In this document: one piece after another, positions 60,156 through 64,000 of the stretch | Numbering within the stretch: the first letter of the stretch is position 1 | How the letters are laid out: each line of letters opens with the position of its first letter | Assembly (NCBI RefSeq): GCF_963921235.1 | Contig: NC_086097.1 | Span: forward strand, 105,960,001-106,024,000 | Direction: 5' to 3' | Source: Mobula hypostoma | Taxonomy: Eukaryota | DNA length: 64,000 bases | Position numbers and translations under genes: made by a program | The notes under the pieces: generated by a model | The model's database searches: none | Told to the model about the DNA's origin: nothing | Seen by the model: the letters and a program-made list of their open reading frames with translations, nothing else

Positions 60156-61914
60156 TATTTGGTATCATTAGTTTAGAAGATGAACAACCTAAAGCTGGAT
60201 CTAAGCACCAATTAAAGTCTCCACCCATCACCAATGAGTACAGACTTAGATCTGGCAAAAATGAAAAAAAAAAATTCAAAGAAACCTGGGGCATCTATAT
60301 TCAGAGCATACACATTGGCATATACCATTAGCTTGTTATTTTGTTTCCCTGATACTATAACAAAATTCCCATTGGTATCAGAAATTACCTTTATGTTGAA
60401 CAAAGGGAACTTTATTATCTCTAAGGATCAAAACTCCTCTGGCTTTGGCCTGAAATGAGGAATGGAAAATAGATCCTCTCCATCGACTAAAAAGGCACGA
60501 ATTGTCACACTTACGTACATGGGTTTCTTGAAGAAAAACTATCGGTTCCTTAAGTTTTTTAATGTAGGCAAAAATCTTATTTCCTTTCATGGTGTGATGT
60601 AGCCCTTTCATGTTAAAACGAAGTAAATTAATACTTAGATCCATTTTAAAACTATTTATAAGAAAGGTTAAAGTAGCAATTAGAGAAATGTATATTAGAC
60701 CCAAATAATATATCTTGAGATATATTAACTAAGCAACAGAATTGACTAGATTCCCAAATCAGCTTCAAGAAAAAAGAACTCCCCATCCCCTCCCTCCTCC
60801 CAAAGAGAGAAAATCAGTCAAAGAACAATTGCTATCTACCCCCACTGAAAACATCCCCTTAGAAAGCCTGTTGGAATCGCTCCAAAGAATTCAAAGTTAT
60901 TTACTATTCCAACCAAGACTAAATAATATACAATAAAAAACAAGCTTAGACAGGATTATCAAACAGAAAGAGCAATTATTCATACTGAAAAATATTAAAC
61001 AGTTATTATTTAATATATAGTATTTCTGTTTTTGCAAGATTTTTAATCTATTCAATATATGTATATATAGTCATTTTTTGAGTCTAAAAATCCTTGCGCC
61101 TGCTCCTTCATACAAAACCATTTAAATGATCCATCTTCCATTATGATTTTCAGTCAAGCCGGAAAACGAAGAGAAGGCTTAAAATTTTGGTTGTATAGCT
61201 CTGCCATAACTTTTTTAAGCTTAACACATTCTGCCATAAGTTCTGATGAAAGATCTTCAACAATATGAATCTTCTGACCTTGGTAGTCAATCATACCTTT
61301 TCCACGGGCATCACGAATCAGATGGTCCTTTATTTGAAATTCATGGAAACATATAATGACTGATCTTGGTTTTGATTTTGAAGTCGATCCATAGATAGGC
61401 GATCTGTGAGCATGATCAATCAAAGGCAGAGACTTTATAATATCAGGGAATAATTCCATCAAAAGTTTTGGACAGAATTCTTTAGGATTATCTCCTTCCA
61501 TTTGCTCTTTAAGTCCCAAGATTCATAAGTTGTTTCTCCTACTCCTGTTTTCCAATTCAATAATCTTCTGTCTCAGTATTTTGTTGGACTTGGATTGTTT
61601 TTCACACAGCTTTTGCAAATCATCCATTCTCTTGTCCAGTACCTCATCATGTTCCTTTAACTTTTTATCATGCTTGGTTAGAATTGCTTGAATATCGTCT
61701 AATTTCACACCTATTTGTTTAATTTCAGCGCTGATTTGCTGTGAATCAGCCGGCTTCTTTTCTGAACTGTTAAAACTCCTCAGTAAGCTTTTGAATAGCT
61801 TCCAAAGTTGCTTTGGTAGTCATAGTAATATAATAATCCATCTAACAGTAGTATTTCAAAAGGGTGGAGACAAAAGTAAGTAAGTTAGGAGCACCAACAG
61901 AGAGCTGTTACTCG

Positions 61915-62249
61915 ATCAAGCAAGCAGCATCATTGTAGACCCATCACACCCTGGACATCACCTGTTCCAACTCCTTCCTTCTGGTAGGCACTGTATGCCA
62001 GGACAAATAGTTACAAGAACAGTTTCTTTCTGTATGCCATCAGTCTTATGAACACTTGAATTTTAGTCTATTATAAACCAAGTTCACCTGTACATACACA
62101 GGTATACCTCATTGTATATAGTTCACGATTATTTGCACTGTTCTTTTGCTTGCTTTTTGATTCTGTACGGCGAGGGCTCAGGGAAACCGGCATCAAATTC
62201 CCTGTATGTGTCCACATACTTGGCGATAATAAGGGATTCTGATTCTGAT
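61915..62249 (+). mobile_element. Rex1/Babar 3' tip
   Basis: SIIVDPSHPGHHLFQLLPSGR, KNSFF; (GATTCT)n tail. Confidence 0.82.
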
Positions 62250-63034
62250 CAGCAGCCACCAGGCAAATCCTGGCTCCTATGTCTTACGCGAGGCTTTTTA
62301 AAAAAAATTAAACCTTACATTGAGACCTTTACAACCACAGGCACATTTTTAAGATTTTAGGTTATCTTTTCAGACAGAAGCTATAGGGATCTCTCATGCC
62401 CAACCTATCCCTGGTTAAAGTTAATTCCTTTCAAAAATAGAGTTCTGACTAGACAGAGCTTTTTTCACCTTCATGAAAGCTGGAGTAGTCCCCAGTCCCC
62501 AAATCCCAAAAATACTTGTGGGTACCCAGGACTATCCCCATCTTCAGCTACCTAGTAATGGATTCAAATGAGAGATCAAAAAGAGTGATATAAATTAACT
62601 GAAGCTGCTCAGAGCAGTTGGGCCTCCATGGACCTGCATTTTTGTGTGCACCATGCACTTTGAGACTTGCATGCAGTTTCTATTCATGCATGTCTGTATT
62701 ACTGGCTGCCTTCTTTTGCGCTACTGAAAGATGGAATACTTCAAAACATGTAGAATTAAATTTACAGTCATTCACTGCTTTTCACTGGGTGCTGCTATTG
62801 GCTTAGATTTTCTTGCTCGCTGCAGATAATTGTGAAGATAGACGGATGATACCCCTTACCTTAAGTTTTAAATGAAGGTCAAGGTCTTGTCTGTTTTAGA
62901 TAGCTGTTTCCTGACCATGTCTATGAGAATTTCACTGATTTCTTCTGATTCTTGATTAGACACATTGGATGTTCTGGGTGTATGTAACCTCATTCGGAAA
63001 CTTAACATTTTATGCAAACACCCATCAGAACATG

Positions 63035-63570
63035 TGGTCGTGGTGCTATCTCCGGAGATGAGTATGATGGGGTTGTCTATTGGTAAGTCTCAGGTGGTTG
63101 TAGAGGCCAATTCGGGATCCACATAATGTGCCGCAGTGTGGGCAAGAGTAATTGGTGGCTGTGGTTGGGTCCTTTGGTGTTTTGGTCTCTTCTTTCACAG
63201 TTGCCGTTTGTTCTATGTGCCACCCTGTTTGCTGAGCTATCTCTACTGTGTCTGCCAGAAACCTATTCCCAGCCCAATCACATCATCTTACTTCCTGAAA
63301 TGCATTATCAGTGAGCTACCCAGACTTGTGAAGGGCTGCAATAAAGACAGTTGTTTCTTTACTCCGGAACCCAAAGTTCAAGCACCTCCAGTTTTTTCTG
63401 TAGTGAGTAGGACATTGCAGAGGGTGCACACTACACAGATGCCATTGCTTTAGTTGAGCTGAGTAAGAGGTTTGGACAGCTGGCAATCTGTCCTGATGTA
63501 CTCATCATTGCATGGGATGAGTCTACCAAATCCCAGCAGATATTGAAGATATCCGCTACATTTGTGAACA
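63035..63570 (-). mobile_element. RTE-clade LINE remnant
   Basis: Minus strand YSCPHCGTLCGSRIGLYNHLR (about 63085-63150), the RTE C-terminal zinc-finger motif, then a short 3' UTR. Confidence 0.7.
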
Positions 63571-63584
63571 GGCTCCTGCTTATT

Positions 63585-63875
63585 ACTCCCCTCCCCCCCC
63601 GCAGTCCCATTGTTCTGTTGTCCACCCTTCCTTCCTATCAGATTCTTTCTTTTCCAGCACTTCACTTTTCCCACCCACCTGGCTTCACTTTTCATCTTAC
63701 AGCAAGCTTCATTCCCCTCCCCCACCTTCTAATTCAGGCATCTTTCCCCTTCCCTCTGTTCTGAAGAAGGGTCTCAGCCTGAAATATTGACTGTTTACTC
63801 TTTTCCATAGACGCTGCCTGATCTGCTGAGTTCCTGCAGCATTTTGTGTGTTGCTTTGGATTTCCAGTATTTACA
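63585..63875 (+). mobile_element. Penelope 3'/pLTR fragment with hammerhead motif at about 63756-63793
   Basis: Pyrimidine-rich tract, then CTGAAGA-AGGGTCTCAGCCT-GAAAT-ATT-GACTG and GCTGCCTGATCTGCTGAGTTCCTGCAGC. Confidence 0.72.
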
Positions 63876-64000
63876 TGATTGACAAAGAGGCATTTTGAGC
63901 TTTTTTTTTAATATAAGGGCAGATCAAAACCATCAGATAGCTCTCAAAATAATTCAAGGACGAACAAGATCAGTTTGAGGAGGCCAATTGTACTGGAAAA

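Larger units (their letters stand above)
46455..61913 (-). mobile_element. Near-full-length decayed L1 LINE (ORF1 about 61060-61830; ORF2 from about 60643) split by five insertions
   Basis: LENRSRRNNL, IDHAHRS (ORF1); FLQETH, GGDFN, ALGPDGF, YRPISLL, LDAE|EAFNRVEW, GTRQGCPLSP, LYADD, CDKC..HMFWTC (ORF2). Confidence 0.92.

Noticed and set aside
62250..62570. Continuation of the Chapaev-like element beyond the L1
   Set aside because: No transposase motifs or matching terminus found

Overview
Eukaryotic, almost entirely transposable-element-derived DNA. The repeat complement (many CR1 and Rex1/Babar LINEs, HE1/V-SINE-like elements, Penelope pLTR fragments) points to a cartilaginous fish, probably a ray; this taxon call is inference. 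I found no confidently recognisable host gene, rRNA, tRNA gene or CRISPR. The window is a deeply nested stack of elements. (1) A Tc1 transposon (13624-20151) carries an ORF1-only, internally deleted L1 with a 15-bp TSD and three CR1 pieces. (2) A decayed CR1 (26920-33879) carries a Rex1 and a young CR1 whose 972-aa EN-RT ORF2 is uninterrupted. (3) A near-full-length L1 (about 46455-61913) is split by five insertions. One is a complete Gmr1-like Gypsy LTR retrotransposon with integrase upstream of RT, a SCAN-like gag segment, a tRNA-Pro-like PBS and a CTCAG TSD, itself hit by a Tigger element and a SINE. The most unusual signals are short Penelope-derived insertions with TSDs that carry minimal type-I hammerhead ribozyme motifs (an 89-bp unit at 60067-60155 and a loopless 174-bp palindrome at 56942-57115), and two SINEs sharing a tRNA+CORE head but with different tails. 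Boundaries of decayed elements are approximate, and family names come from motif recognition, not database searches.
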